A stretch of 60,849 bases of DNA, counting the filler, from Vannella sp. (taxonomy: Eukaryota): NCBI GenBank assembly GCA_023345925.1. It is 6 parts of 6 records of this genome, joined end to end, with 100 filler letters (N's around TTAATTAATTAA, not from the genome) between each part and the next. Parts side by side here need not be neighbours in the genome. Positions count along the whole stretch, not along the records: positions 44,570 to 51,773 come from JAJQQN010001251.1; positions 51,874 to 60,849 come from JAJQQN010001290.1; 4 more parts are not named here. The stretch is one strand, 5' to 3'. Below the pieces are notes generated by a model that did not search any database, was not told the DNA's origin, and worked only from the letters and a program-made list of their open reading frames with translations. Made by a program: the position numbers and the translations under genes. Shown here in pieces: positions 46,278 to 57,000 of the stretch (position 1 is the first letter of the stretch; each line of letters opens with the position of its first letter).

Positions 46278-47061
46278 TTAACAGGGCGGACCCCTGCTCC
46301 TCAGAACCCCAATCTCCCAGATCAACTCTTGGAGCCTTCCCAGATTCAGTGAGAAGAGTAGAAGAGGGGAATGGGCATTCTTACCTTTGCTGGGAGGGTG
46401 AGATGTTGGGGAAGGTGAACTTGCATGCTCCAGTGTTATCGAGCACAACCAGCGACACATTGTTCGTGCGTTCTAAGGTGTCCACTTTGGGGACTATAAG
46501 AGAGAACTTACTACTTATGGTGTACTTTAGATCAGAGAGAAGGATGATATCTTGTGTGAATCCCTGGGTATCTTGAGAGATGAGCTGCTTGTGCCAAGCT
46601 TGGAGAGCGTACTGGCTGTCGTGAGAGCAGAGTATTACTTCGCAGTTTGATCTAAGTTTGGGAACGCAGAAGGGTATGATGGCCTCTGGTCGAATCCAGG
46701 TGAAGTGTTGAGGGAAGAAGACAATCATCACCCACTTTTGTGAGTGCTCTAAGAGGCGTCTCAGGGAGAACTCTACAATCTCTCCCCGATACACAGCAAC
46801 TCCTTTGATATCTGCAGCTGGCAAAGCGGGAGGAGAGGGACAAGCGGTAGGAACGTGAGGAGGAACAAGGAAGTGTGCTGAACGAGCAAGGGACCGCCGT
46901 GGGCTAGACGGGCCAGACACAACGATGGTTTGATCAATAGGAATATGAAGGTCCACCAACGCACACGTTCGCTTCGCATCTGCAGTAACAATGTCCCCTT
47001 GGCTCTTCCTACGTTTCCCCAAAATGCTGTCCCCGCCACCAGGAACTTGCAGCGTGTTCAT
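46278..47061 (-). CDS. Peroxiredoxin (AhpC/TSA)-like protein lacking the peroxidatic Cys (1 intron)
   Basis: KWVMIVFFPQHFTWIRPEAI vs consensus FFYPLDFTFVCPTEI; SHDSQYALQAW; LLSDLKYTISSKF. Confidence 0.7.
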
Positions 47062-47113
47062 GGGAGGAAAGAAATGGGCATTTATCCGATTTGCCCATTA
47101 TTTCTCTTTCACT

Positions 47114-47850
47114 CTATTTACCTTCTCGTGCATTTCGTCGTTGTTTGACGTCATAGTTGTACACCCGAGCGACGTTGACTTCAGTGGTGGTGATCTGAGA
47201 CTTGAGGTGCTTGAGATCGACTATCACCTGCTCCAAGTTCTTGTTTGCCACCGCCAGGTTATTGGTGAGAACTTCCTTGGCCTCCTCGAGCGGGTACTCA
47301 ACCATGACATTGGCCTGAAGCACTTGTTATTGAGCCAACGCTATGATACAAGTTGGGCTGGGGATAGGCACTTACCCCAAGCCAAAGGCACACAGTCTGG
47401 GGATTCTCGATCACTGCTTGGGCGTAGAGATGGTCAGAGAGCTCGTAGTGAGTTTGAATCGTCTCTCCCTATTCATGAGTGTTAAGCTGAGGTTCAAGCT
47501 CAATGAAGGGGTGACAAGCCCACCTGCTTTGATAGGAGAGTCTCAACAACGTCGAGTGCCTTCTTGATATCGGGCATCTTTGATCGCAAGTCCCTCTTCT
47601 TGTCAGTGAGCTTCTCTTCTAACCATTTGTATGATCTGAGATATGAGTGAGATCGCAATCTACAAGAGAACAGGGAGAACCAACGAGTAGTTCTCGTTCA
47701 GCCTTTGAAGAGCGCTGTTGGCGCTATCCTCGTCTTTCAAGAAGAGGCTGACATCGTCCTTCCCCATTGTAAGTTCATTTCCTGGTCGTGGGTCACTCTA
47801 CACACAATGAACTGCACGGAAGGGATGCCGGGAGACACCGCGGAGCTCAT
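47114..47850 (-). CDS. PFDN3: Prefoldin subunit 3 (VBP1)
   Basis: GIPSVQFI, CLWLG|ANVMVEYPLEEA, QITTTEVNVARVYNYDV. Confidence 0.93.
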
Positions 47851-48029
47851 GGTTGAAAGAAGCTATGTTGTTCCAAATTATGCAATTATACATGAGAATA
47901 ACTGATGATTTGCATTATCATTTAACCCGAGCCAAAATCTCCATTTGGGGCATTTCACCTCAAACTTTCGTTTTCTCCAAAAGAACTTTCGTCGAGAAGG
48001 CGACTCCTTTTTTTTTGCTCGTCGTTAGG

Positions 48030-48869
48030 ATGTCCGGCGTGTATGTTCTCTCGCGTGATCAGGGACTTTTGGACTGAATGGGATGGTGCAGCAAGTATGT
48101 TCCTGAGGGAGTTCTGAAGAAACAGAAGACCGCACAGGTCATCCGTGAGAAGGATGAGGCTGACCGCAAGGCCCTCAAGGCTGTACGTTCCCTCCGTTAG
48201 GGTATCAGCAGTCACCTGACTGGGTTCTCGAATTTTTAGAAACGCCTGAAGAACCGACGTGAGATCTACAAGCGAGCCAAGACCTACGCTAAGGAGTACT
48301 ACAACCTGGAGCGTGCTGAGATCACTGCTCGCCGCCAAGCTAAGGAGGCTGGAAACTTCTATGTTCCCGCTGAGCCCAAGCTCGCTGTCGTCGTCCGCAT
48401 CCGAGGTATCAATGGTGTTGACCCCAAAACTCGCAAAATCCTTCAGCTTTTCCGTCTCCTCCAGATCCACAACGCCACTTTCGTGCGTCTTAACGCCCCA
48501 ACCATCAAGATGCTCCGTCTGGTTGAGCCCTTCGTCACCTATGGCTACCCCAACCTGAAGACCGTTCGCGAGCTGATCTACAAGCGCGGATTTGCCAAGA
48601 TTGATGGACAGCGTATTCCCATCACCACCAATGATATCATTGAGAAGGCTCTGGGCCGAGTTGGTATCATCTGCATTGAGGATATCATCCACGAGATCTA
48701 CACTGTTGGTCCCCACTTCAAGGAGGCCAACGCCTTCTTGTGGTCCTTCAAGCTGTCCTCCCCCAAGGGCGGCTACAACCGCAAGAGGAACCATTTCATT
48801 GAGGGTGGTGATGCTGGTAACCGCGAGCATTTGATCAACTCTTTCATCCAGAAGATGAATGGCCAATAA
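48030..48869 (+). CDS. RPL7: 60S ribosomal protein L7 (uL30), 2 introns
   Basis: [63 protein letters not shown]. Confidence 0.98.
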
Positions 48870-48916
48870 GCGCAGTGTACTGGATAAATACCACTTCCTT
48901 AATTCTATTTCTTCAC

Positions 48917-50925
48917 ATGTCCGAACCGTTCACGGCTTCCGACGACACCGCTGTGGTCATGAGCCGTGAGCTGCACCAGAGTTTGGAGAGAGACAGCGGT
49001 GGGAGACTCTCCGAAGATTGGGGAGAGGTGTTTAAATGGATGGATCTCTGCGCGGCTATCTCCGCCACGAAGCACGCCAAGACAGGGAAACTGGTAACCG
49101 CCCAAGTGGACGACATGCGGATCACCGGTCCCCTCCTTTACGGAGACATGTTAACTGTGCATGCTCAAGGTATGCCCTCGCCTGCAAGTGGACTCCACTC
49201 ACCCCCTTGGGTAGTGAACAACGCGTGGAACACTTCCATGGAAGTGGAGATCAGACTGGAGGCTGAGAACCTCTTGGAAGAGAGGAGTGACAAGAGAGTG
49301 ATATGCAACTCGTACTTCACCTTTGTAGCTGTAAAGGATTCTTCCGGAACCTCCAAACTTCCAAAGTTGATTCCCTCCAACCCCCAAGCTGAACAGCGCT
49401 TCTATGAAGCCATAGAACGCCGCCAGATTCGTTTCAAACGAAGAGAGTTGATCAACTCCACTTCAAAGCACTTGGAAGATCGCTTGCAGCTCGTTTGCGA
49501 GCTAAATCCAAACGGTATCGAAGTGCAAGAGAACCAACACTTGGAAGAGGAGATAGGAGACGACCAAAGGACTCGCAAGCTAATGGCAGAGTCTTCTATT
49601 GTCTCTTGTATGCTCGTGCTACCTCCCAATGCCAACCATTATGGAAATACCTTTGGAGGACAGGTATATCACTTGGTCTCTTCGGATTCCTTTTAGTGAC
49701 AGCGTTTAGGTCATGTCCTGGATGGAAGAAACTGGCAGGCTTGCAGCTAGAAAGCATGGACGCTGTCCAATGTATTTGTGTCACATTGACGACATCAACT
49801 TCATTCAGTCCTCCAACGTCGGAGATTGGCTGACAATCAAAGCACAAGTGAACAGAGTTTTCAGCGACTCTCTGGAAGTTGGCATTCGAGTGGAGAGCCA
49901 AAGCTTTGCTCAAGGCACTGAAGAGTATGAACCCTTTCAAGCAACCCAATATCTTGTTCTAACGGGGCTGCGGAAGAATCAAACACATTAACAGCGGTTA
50001 TTTGACTTACAGCACACGGCCGCCCTGCTCAAGGTCCTTAGCATCTTCACCTATTCGTTTACCTTCAGAGTGTCTCGGGGCGGCCTTCCCGTTATTGTCA
50101 TTAGTCGTTCCGGGAGATTCTGAGCGCGAGAGGAAGCAATACCAGGATGCTGTGGGACGCCGCAGAGTGCGAATCGAAAGGAGCATTATCTCGAATGAGT
50201 CCTCCACATTGGCTCCTATTTGGAGTCCTCTATTATCGGGGTGAGTCCCCAACTCTATCTCTTCTGGAGTTTCGTGTAGCTGATTGAACTTTGCAAGTGA
50301 TTTGATCTTCTCTAACATCAAAGAGTTGCTCCGAATCTCACTGGGAGGAGAAGTTCGGTGGTGGGAGCTCCACAACAACTTGGAAGGCGTCAGAATTTCT
50401 GTGTGTGACTCAGAGAGTGTTACTTTACTTAAGATGGAGTTTACACTGGAGAACGCAACATGCGTAGGACTCCATACAGCCAAAGACATCTTTCCTGTCT
50501 TCACCAATGTCGAGCTTCGTACAGAGTGGGATACGCTCTTGAAGACTTGTGTGGTTAAGGAGGAAATCGATGAGCTGAACGATGTCGTTCATGCCACTTT
50601 TGGGGATGTTGAAGGGGATGGGCGAAACGATCTTTGTCTCCTTCGTTCCTGGAGGACACCTGAGTTTGGTTCAACGAGCAATCACTATCTCCTGAGTTCC
50701 CGCTCCATCACTCATCCACTTGTGCCGGAAGTGGACGGTGTAAAGCGGGGCTTCATTTCGCCGTCAGGATTTATTGTTTCTGATTTACCTGACCAGCGCA
50801 TCCAAGTGACCTACGTGATGCAGATTACCGGAAGCACTCTTCAGTTCACTTTGGATCATATTCCGGTCGTCACTCTGCAACGATTCAAAAATCTACAAAA
50901 ATGGTATTCCAACCTTGGGCCTTGA
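48917..50925 (+). CDS. Acyl-CoA thioesterase with two hotdog domains and a C-terminal START domain (ACOT11/12-like)
   Basis: GEVFKWMD, VNNAWNTSMEV, VLPPNANHYGNTFGGQ|VMSWM, VNRVFSDSLEVG; START 'RTEWDTL...DLCLLRSWR...SITHPLVP..RG.ISPSGF'. Confidence 0.88.
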
Positions 50926-51773
50926 GCAACAAGTCCAAATAGAAACAGTCCCACTTCAACTCTGCTCATTCCCAAGGGAATAGAAAATACTATGACTATT
51001 GATCTCCCTTGCGTCGGCTCATAACCTGTTGAGTGAAGCGAACGGAGAAGCTGGGTGAAAAAGGTGCATTCGAAAGAAGTTGCACTTTTCTGTTTGTATC
51101 TGATATGTTAATCAGTGGCAAGGAAGGGAAACAAGGTTAATCGGAGCAATACGCAACCCTACATACCAACCAGGATTGAGCTCTGATATCACGAAATCTC
51201 ACTTTTCCCTCCATCATCACGAGGCGTCTTCAGGGTAGACAGTTCACCAAATTGGGGTACCTCTTCATAGAGGCCTGTCATTGAAACAAAATCTTCCATC
51301 CTACTCACATAATTGCTGAACCAGTTAGCATCCTTGGAAGGATCCAGAGCAGCAAGAAGACCAGCTCCCTCTTAGTCATTGTTGAGAAAATCTCGTCCAG
51401 CATCGACAGTGTCTGGAGGAATATCTCTGGAAGGTCTCAAGATGCGGGTGAAGGTTTGCAAGGAGTTACGCAGAGTTCCAAGCCGCCGGAGATGTCCAAC
51501 CCGACAACGTTATCAAAACTTATGTGCACTTATGCTCTCTCCACAAAATGGCTTCTGCGAGAGTTTGTTTATTTTCTTCTGTCTTCCTGGGTGGAGTGGG
51601 AGATTGAAAAAGATATTTATGTCACAATTGGTGGCTTATGTTGAGCAATTGCTGGGTCTGGCGTATCCAGCCGGGCACGCTTCCCCGGCCAGGGAGCTTC
51701 TTTCGCCGAACCAGGAGCAGAAGGAGGAGATGGAGGAGTGTTCCTTGTTGTCGGAATCGATAATCGTCTCATT

Positions 51774-51873
51774 NNNNNNNNNNNNNNNNNNNNNNNNNNN
51801 NNNNNNNNNNNNNNNNNTTAATTAATTAANNNNNNNNNNNNNNNNNNNNNNNNNNNNNNNNNNNNNNNNNNNN
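51774..51873. other. Artificial contig spacer
   Basis: N44-TTAATTAATTAA-N44. Confidence 0.98.
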
Positions 51874-52000
51874 GTCAACGCCAATGGAGGCGCACATGAC
51901 CTGGAAATGCTTTCGGAGCTCGGGGTTCCGATTGATGTCCTTCTTATGCTTACGAGCAAAAGTTTCCAGGTTCTCTTTGAAGAGCCAGCTGCTGCTGCAT
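51874..52000 (-). pseudogene. SNF8: SNF8/Vps22 (ESCRT-II) exon with an apparent frameshift
   Basis: FKENLETFARKHKKDINRNPELRKHFQVMCASIGVD; upstream MQQQLA is in another frame (2 nt missing); no first exon found. Confidence 0.65.
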
Positions 52001-52904
52001 CTACCAACCACGTCAAACCCTCCTCAACACCATTTCAGCGCTCTTTCTAATCGGAATGAACGGATCAAGTCTCTCAGCAACTTATGGAAGCGCGAATCTT
52101 CCGGGAGAAGGATGATTGAGTCGTCATGTGAGAGGCTTGAGCTGGCGACACCTCAAGCCTTTCAGTAGCTCTTCGTGTTTCAGCCAATCAGCTGCCACTT
52201 GGTGGACTTGGTGAAGGGGCCAAAAAAATCGGATACTGGATGCAAAAAGCTGCATGTAGTTACGTTCTCAAGTCATCCGTTCTTTTTCTTCATTGAGGAT
52301 GATCGTAGGTAGGGAGAGCGTCTGCAAATTCTTGTTCTTTTGGAAGCTCTTGGGCGGGTTTCCTGACCAAGAAAGCTCCTTCGTCTGCCAGAAAAGCATC
52401 TCTTTCGCAACCGAGAAGCTTAATCGCACATCTGAGCCTGGACTGCCCACCATTCACCTTCATCTTGGGAGCTCATCAAGGATGCAAGCCTGTCTGGGAT
52501 ACTTCTGTGTTTCAGGACTACCACAAACACAAGTGCTTTTGATGAATAAAGAGTACTCTTTATCATTTCTAGACACCAATTGGTGGTCTGAGATCTGAGA
52601 AGAAACACAGAAGCTGGGTGGTTGGTCTCCTCCGTTTGTTTCGACATGACCGGTTGGGTTGGGACTCGAGCTTAGGCTTCAGGTCTTAGCTGGAGTACAA
52701 TACAGCTGTATTGGTAACCACAGAACAAAGAAGCTGTTACAACTGGTCAGTTTGATCGTTGATTCGGGTGTTGGAGAGAACAAGAACAATACTTACCTTT
52801 CAGAGAACTCCACAACCAAAGGCGTGGTGGCAGCTGTTGGATCGAACCCGAGAGGCACTAGTACTGTGCTCATTAACCTGTTGAACCTAGGTGACCACGT
52901 GATC

Positions 52905-53210
52905 CTAGAACTTAACGTTGTGTGGTAAGGTTTCTATATCCAACAGCAGCGATCCGGAAGGGTGATTATCAGTGTTCATCTGGGGTCCAGAACTGCATTT
53001 GGGCCTCGTTCTTTCTCTTTGGGAGGGTATCAAAATGGTTTTGGCGTGCCCGGCAAAAATCTCCGTTTTCATCCATCCAGAAGGTTGGTATGCCACATGA
53101 ACTCCTCTTACAACGTCATAAGAGAAGTTGGTAGGGCATACATACCGTTGAGGATCGCAATTGGAAGCAAAGAGTCCCCATTAGCGGAGACGGTGGGGAG
53201 AGTGTTGTGA
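52905..53210 (-). mobile_element. Degraded pogo/Tigger-type DDE_1 transposase fragment
   Basis: TVSANGDSLLPIAILNG...AYQPSGWMKTEIF...ILIPS...DNHPS motifs, then stops. Confidence 0.7.
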
Positions 53211-53499
53211 GGTCCTCTGCATCCTCTGTGCTGCGGAGAGGCTCCATTTTCCTAGGTATTTGAAACGATAAGTTGGTTGCTTACTTTCTCAGGGAGTGTC
53301 GGGCCCAGAGGAGGTTGAATGAAGGCACCAAAGGAAGATCTTCATCCTCCGCTTCGTTCCCTTGTCTCCAATCGGTCTTCCACTTGAAGCCATGACTCAT
53401 GCAAATGAAGACCTAGAAAGGTCAAACTCATCTGCAGCTACTCGAGTTGAGACATCGGGTCGGAGAGACATCCTGGCAGCTCTCTCGTCAGGAGGTAGA

Positions 53500-54070
53500 G
53501 TTATGAGCTCACTCTCCTTCCCACAATCTGATTTTTTAAAGAACCAGATTGTGTGTAGATTAAGATCCCTTCACATTGGCTTTGTTGGTGATTCTTTGAT
53601 AATACGCATCCAGAGAAAGTTCTCTCCTCTGGTGAAAAAAAAAGTTGCGTTCTTTAGGTGATAACTTTGTAGTGTGAGCGACAATCTGGTGATGAAGTAG
53701 CTCTCTACAATGGCAAATATCATATCTAAAGTATAGCTGTCCTTGTTGTCGCGGGATCTTCGTATACAACTGTGTGATACCGGATCTAGGACAAACTTCT
53801 ACGACAATGTGATATGTGCTGTGGTTGATGATGACGGCCTGGGCAAGTCTTATGGCCCTTATCTTATGGGATGTGTTGGGTTGTCTTGTACCAGATGAAT
53901 CTGGTACAAGGCAGAGTAAACTTTGGGCTCGTGGACTATTTTCAGCACAACCCGAGAAACACGGCCCGATCATGGAGAATCTCTGGTCTTTTCATTTGTG
54001 CATAGCTACCGCTGCACCAATTTGGATTGTAGATGCTTTGTATTCTGTTGCACCTGCAAAAACCGATTGA
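53500..54070 (+). pseudogene. Possible decayed TBL/SGNH-type O-acetyltransferase/esterase
   Basis: IGFVGDSL followed, after stops and a frame change, by HLCIATAAPIWIVDALYSV. Confidence 0.3.
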
Positions 54071-54075
54071 AATCT

Positions 54076-57000
54076 TTATTGCAGAATGAGATTTTTCTGG
54101 GCATCTCGACAAGCGACAAGAAGGAGTTCGTAAAGTGGTTCCACATCGGCTGGATCGATTGGATAAATACATCTTGTTCTGCTGGATTTGGGTGCAAAAA
54201 AGTAAGATCCAGAGACAAATAACTCATGTTGGATTAAAACACAGTCAGGAGCAAGCTGTAGACCAATAATAGACTTAAACGATTTCTCGAAAATGACAGA
54301 AGAGTTTTGAACGATCAAACAGTGCCTATCGCTGAGGAGAAGGATGCCTTCGGTCACACAAAAGCTCTTTTTGTACCACTCTTCTGAATACTTGCCTTCT
54401 GTGAGACACTTAAGCAGGGCATGGCCAGCCGCTGTCTCAGTGTCATAAATACGAAGAATGCCAGAATTGTCAATGCATCTTGGCATCCTAGAGCGAACAC
54501 GTTCTGACTCCCAATTCATGAAAGTATTTCCGATTCCTTGTGCCATTATAGAAGCAGACCCGAACACAGAGACCAAAGGCTTCACAAAAATGCCTGATGT
54601 ACCTTTTAGGGCTCCAACTAGTGCACCAGTAGCTCCTCCTGAGCGTGCCCCTTGAAAAGGAGAAGAGACCACACCATACAACGCATGAGCCATTCCGCTC
54701 TTCGCATTGTTTGCAGCTCTTTGAAAAACATCTTTTGCTCCTTGAGAAGAGCTGTGGCGCTGAGAATCTTCCCATTGTTGCTGAAAGTGTTGGTCAAATG
54801 TGAGGAAACTGGCAATTTGAGCAATTCCGCCTGTCAACTTTCCAGCACTATTGGCGATTCCGTAGGCGCTCTTATGTACCAAAGAAGATGTCCCCCGCTT
54901 AAGTCCAAGCCCAAAATCAGCGGGACTATGGACAATCGCTTGGGCGGGCTCATTGAAAAAGTCATAAACACCAGTGCCTAAATTACTTATCAGAGAGACT
55001 GGATTCCCGAGAATCTCGACGGAACCAATTATCTTGTACATCTTCCGAAGTAGGGCCTGCTTGTAATGTTTGCTGATTCGAGTTGTGAGCTCCTCTCCGG
55101 AGAGGAAAGGGTGGTCCATTGTAAGACCGTTGAGTTCGAGTACAGCTCTATCAATATTGCAAAGAAGACGTCCTCCCATGGGGAGTTTGGGAGCTAGATT
55201 GATCTTTCCAGACTTCAAGTTGAGAGTGAGATGGAACTTCAAAGGATTGATGACAAGCTTATTGAAGTAGAGCACCCGCTGCTCTTTCACAGAGTCAAAG
55301 GAGGCTCTTAAGAATGGAGAATCATCCGGAATATCCGATATTAGGGATTTACCAGAATTAGTAGAAAAGCAGTCCCTGAAAATGGCCCAAAGGTTAGTGA
55401 GAAGCGCACTCTGTAAGATCTTCTGCCTACTTCAATTCAGAGGAGAATTGGATAAGCTGTTCGATAAGTTTGCCATCAGCTCTGAGGTCTAGTTCTCCAA
55501 GAGTCGCGGCAAAGTAGTCAAAGAAGTGAATGCTCTTCATCTTTAAATCACGTTAGAGAGGATTCTTAGAGAGAAAATCTTACTTTTGAGTTCTTCAATA
55601 CAAGGAGGTGGAATGCGAAATTGTTGGAAGCATTTTCAGGAAGAACTGAGTACAGGAGAATAGGATGGAGTGCTGAAGGGAGCTGATTATTTAGTTGAAT
55701 TCGCCCTACATGGAGTTCCAGAGTTTGGTGTGACGGACTCGAAGTGAGATCACAAGAAAGGTTCTCAATGGCACAGTAGAGGATCTCTTGTGGTAAAGAG
55801 CTGACCACACTGACCCCAAGGTGACCAATCCTAAAATTAAAGGTGGCTTGAATAGGTGCGGATTCATCTCCAATTGAAAAGAACTCTTCTGCATCAAACA
55901 GAACAGAGCTGGTGAGAGAATCAAAAGATCTGTTTCCTACAGTTCGGAAACGGAGCACTCGAGAAGGGCCATTCGCTTCAACATTAATTTGGACTGTGGT
56001 GGTTTCTGAATCTCCTGGGAATAATACACGCAGTGAACTTTGAGTAAACGAGTCGAAAGAAATCTCTGATTTTTTGCCTAAAACATCAGCGATGATCACT
56101 TTCTTTGGCTCTTCTGGTAGATCCCACGCAAATGGCAGAGAATCAAATGAAGGAATAGTATCGAAGATTCCAGAATTCTTCTGGTGAATAGTAAGAGGAA
56201 CAGAAAGCTGATTTTCTATCAAAAAATCTGGAAACTGGAGGTTCTCTCTCAATAAAATCAAAGTAATGTTCTGCTCCTTGTCCACTTGAACATGGACTGA
56301 TAAAATGGCGAATCCGATGGATTGAACGGGCGTACCATAGCTCAGGTTATTTTGCCCTATCTTTTGCCTCAATTTGATGTATTTGTCTCCCAACTTCGTG
56401 AAAGTCAGGATCCAAATCTGAGAAGACAGAGAAACTTACTTCTTCAATCGAAAATGGTTGACACCACTCAAAGTCATTTTGAGTTGTGATAGATAAGAGC
56501 AGTGGAACAGATTTGTCTCTCCAATGGAAGGGTATCTGCTGCGAAGGGCATAAAGAAGCAATAGTTTTGGTCAACGCTTGCCGATACTTGATTTCTCGAG
56601 CTGTTTGATTGACGAGTAGAAAACGAGGAGCAAAAATAACTTCCTTCGTCCTCCAGAAGCGAGAAGGATTATGGCGGATGGTAACAGATATTTCATAGCG
56701 AGGAGAGATGCCTAAAGTGGCCTTCCCGCTCATCCTCATGCATTGAGTGACACCTTCGGCGCTCAAGTCAAACGGCCGACTCCATTCCGACCCTGCAGCT
56801 TGAATAGAGACGAGTGGCTTCGCCGTCTCTTCTGGTGAGAAATAAACTTCCATTGGAGCAGGATCAGCGTAGTAATCAGTTGTTTCGTCTAATTGGGGAC
56901 GGGAGTCTACAGCGATTAAATCTTGTGAATTTGCCTTACGATAGCAGATGGGAAGTCCTAGGCGATTAATAAAAACGAATTCGTGGAATATTGTGATGCA

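Noticed and set aside
47955..48866. 303-aa antisense ORF
   Set aside because: Shadow of highly codon-biased RPL7; the same applies to antisense ORFs over RPN1 and the PARP.
50985..51773. Short stop-interrupted minus-strand frames at the contig end
   Set aside because: No recognisable family; may be a gene 3' end plus decayed sequence, but not supportable.
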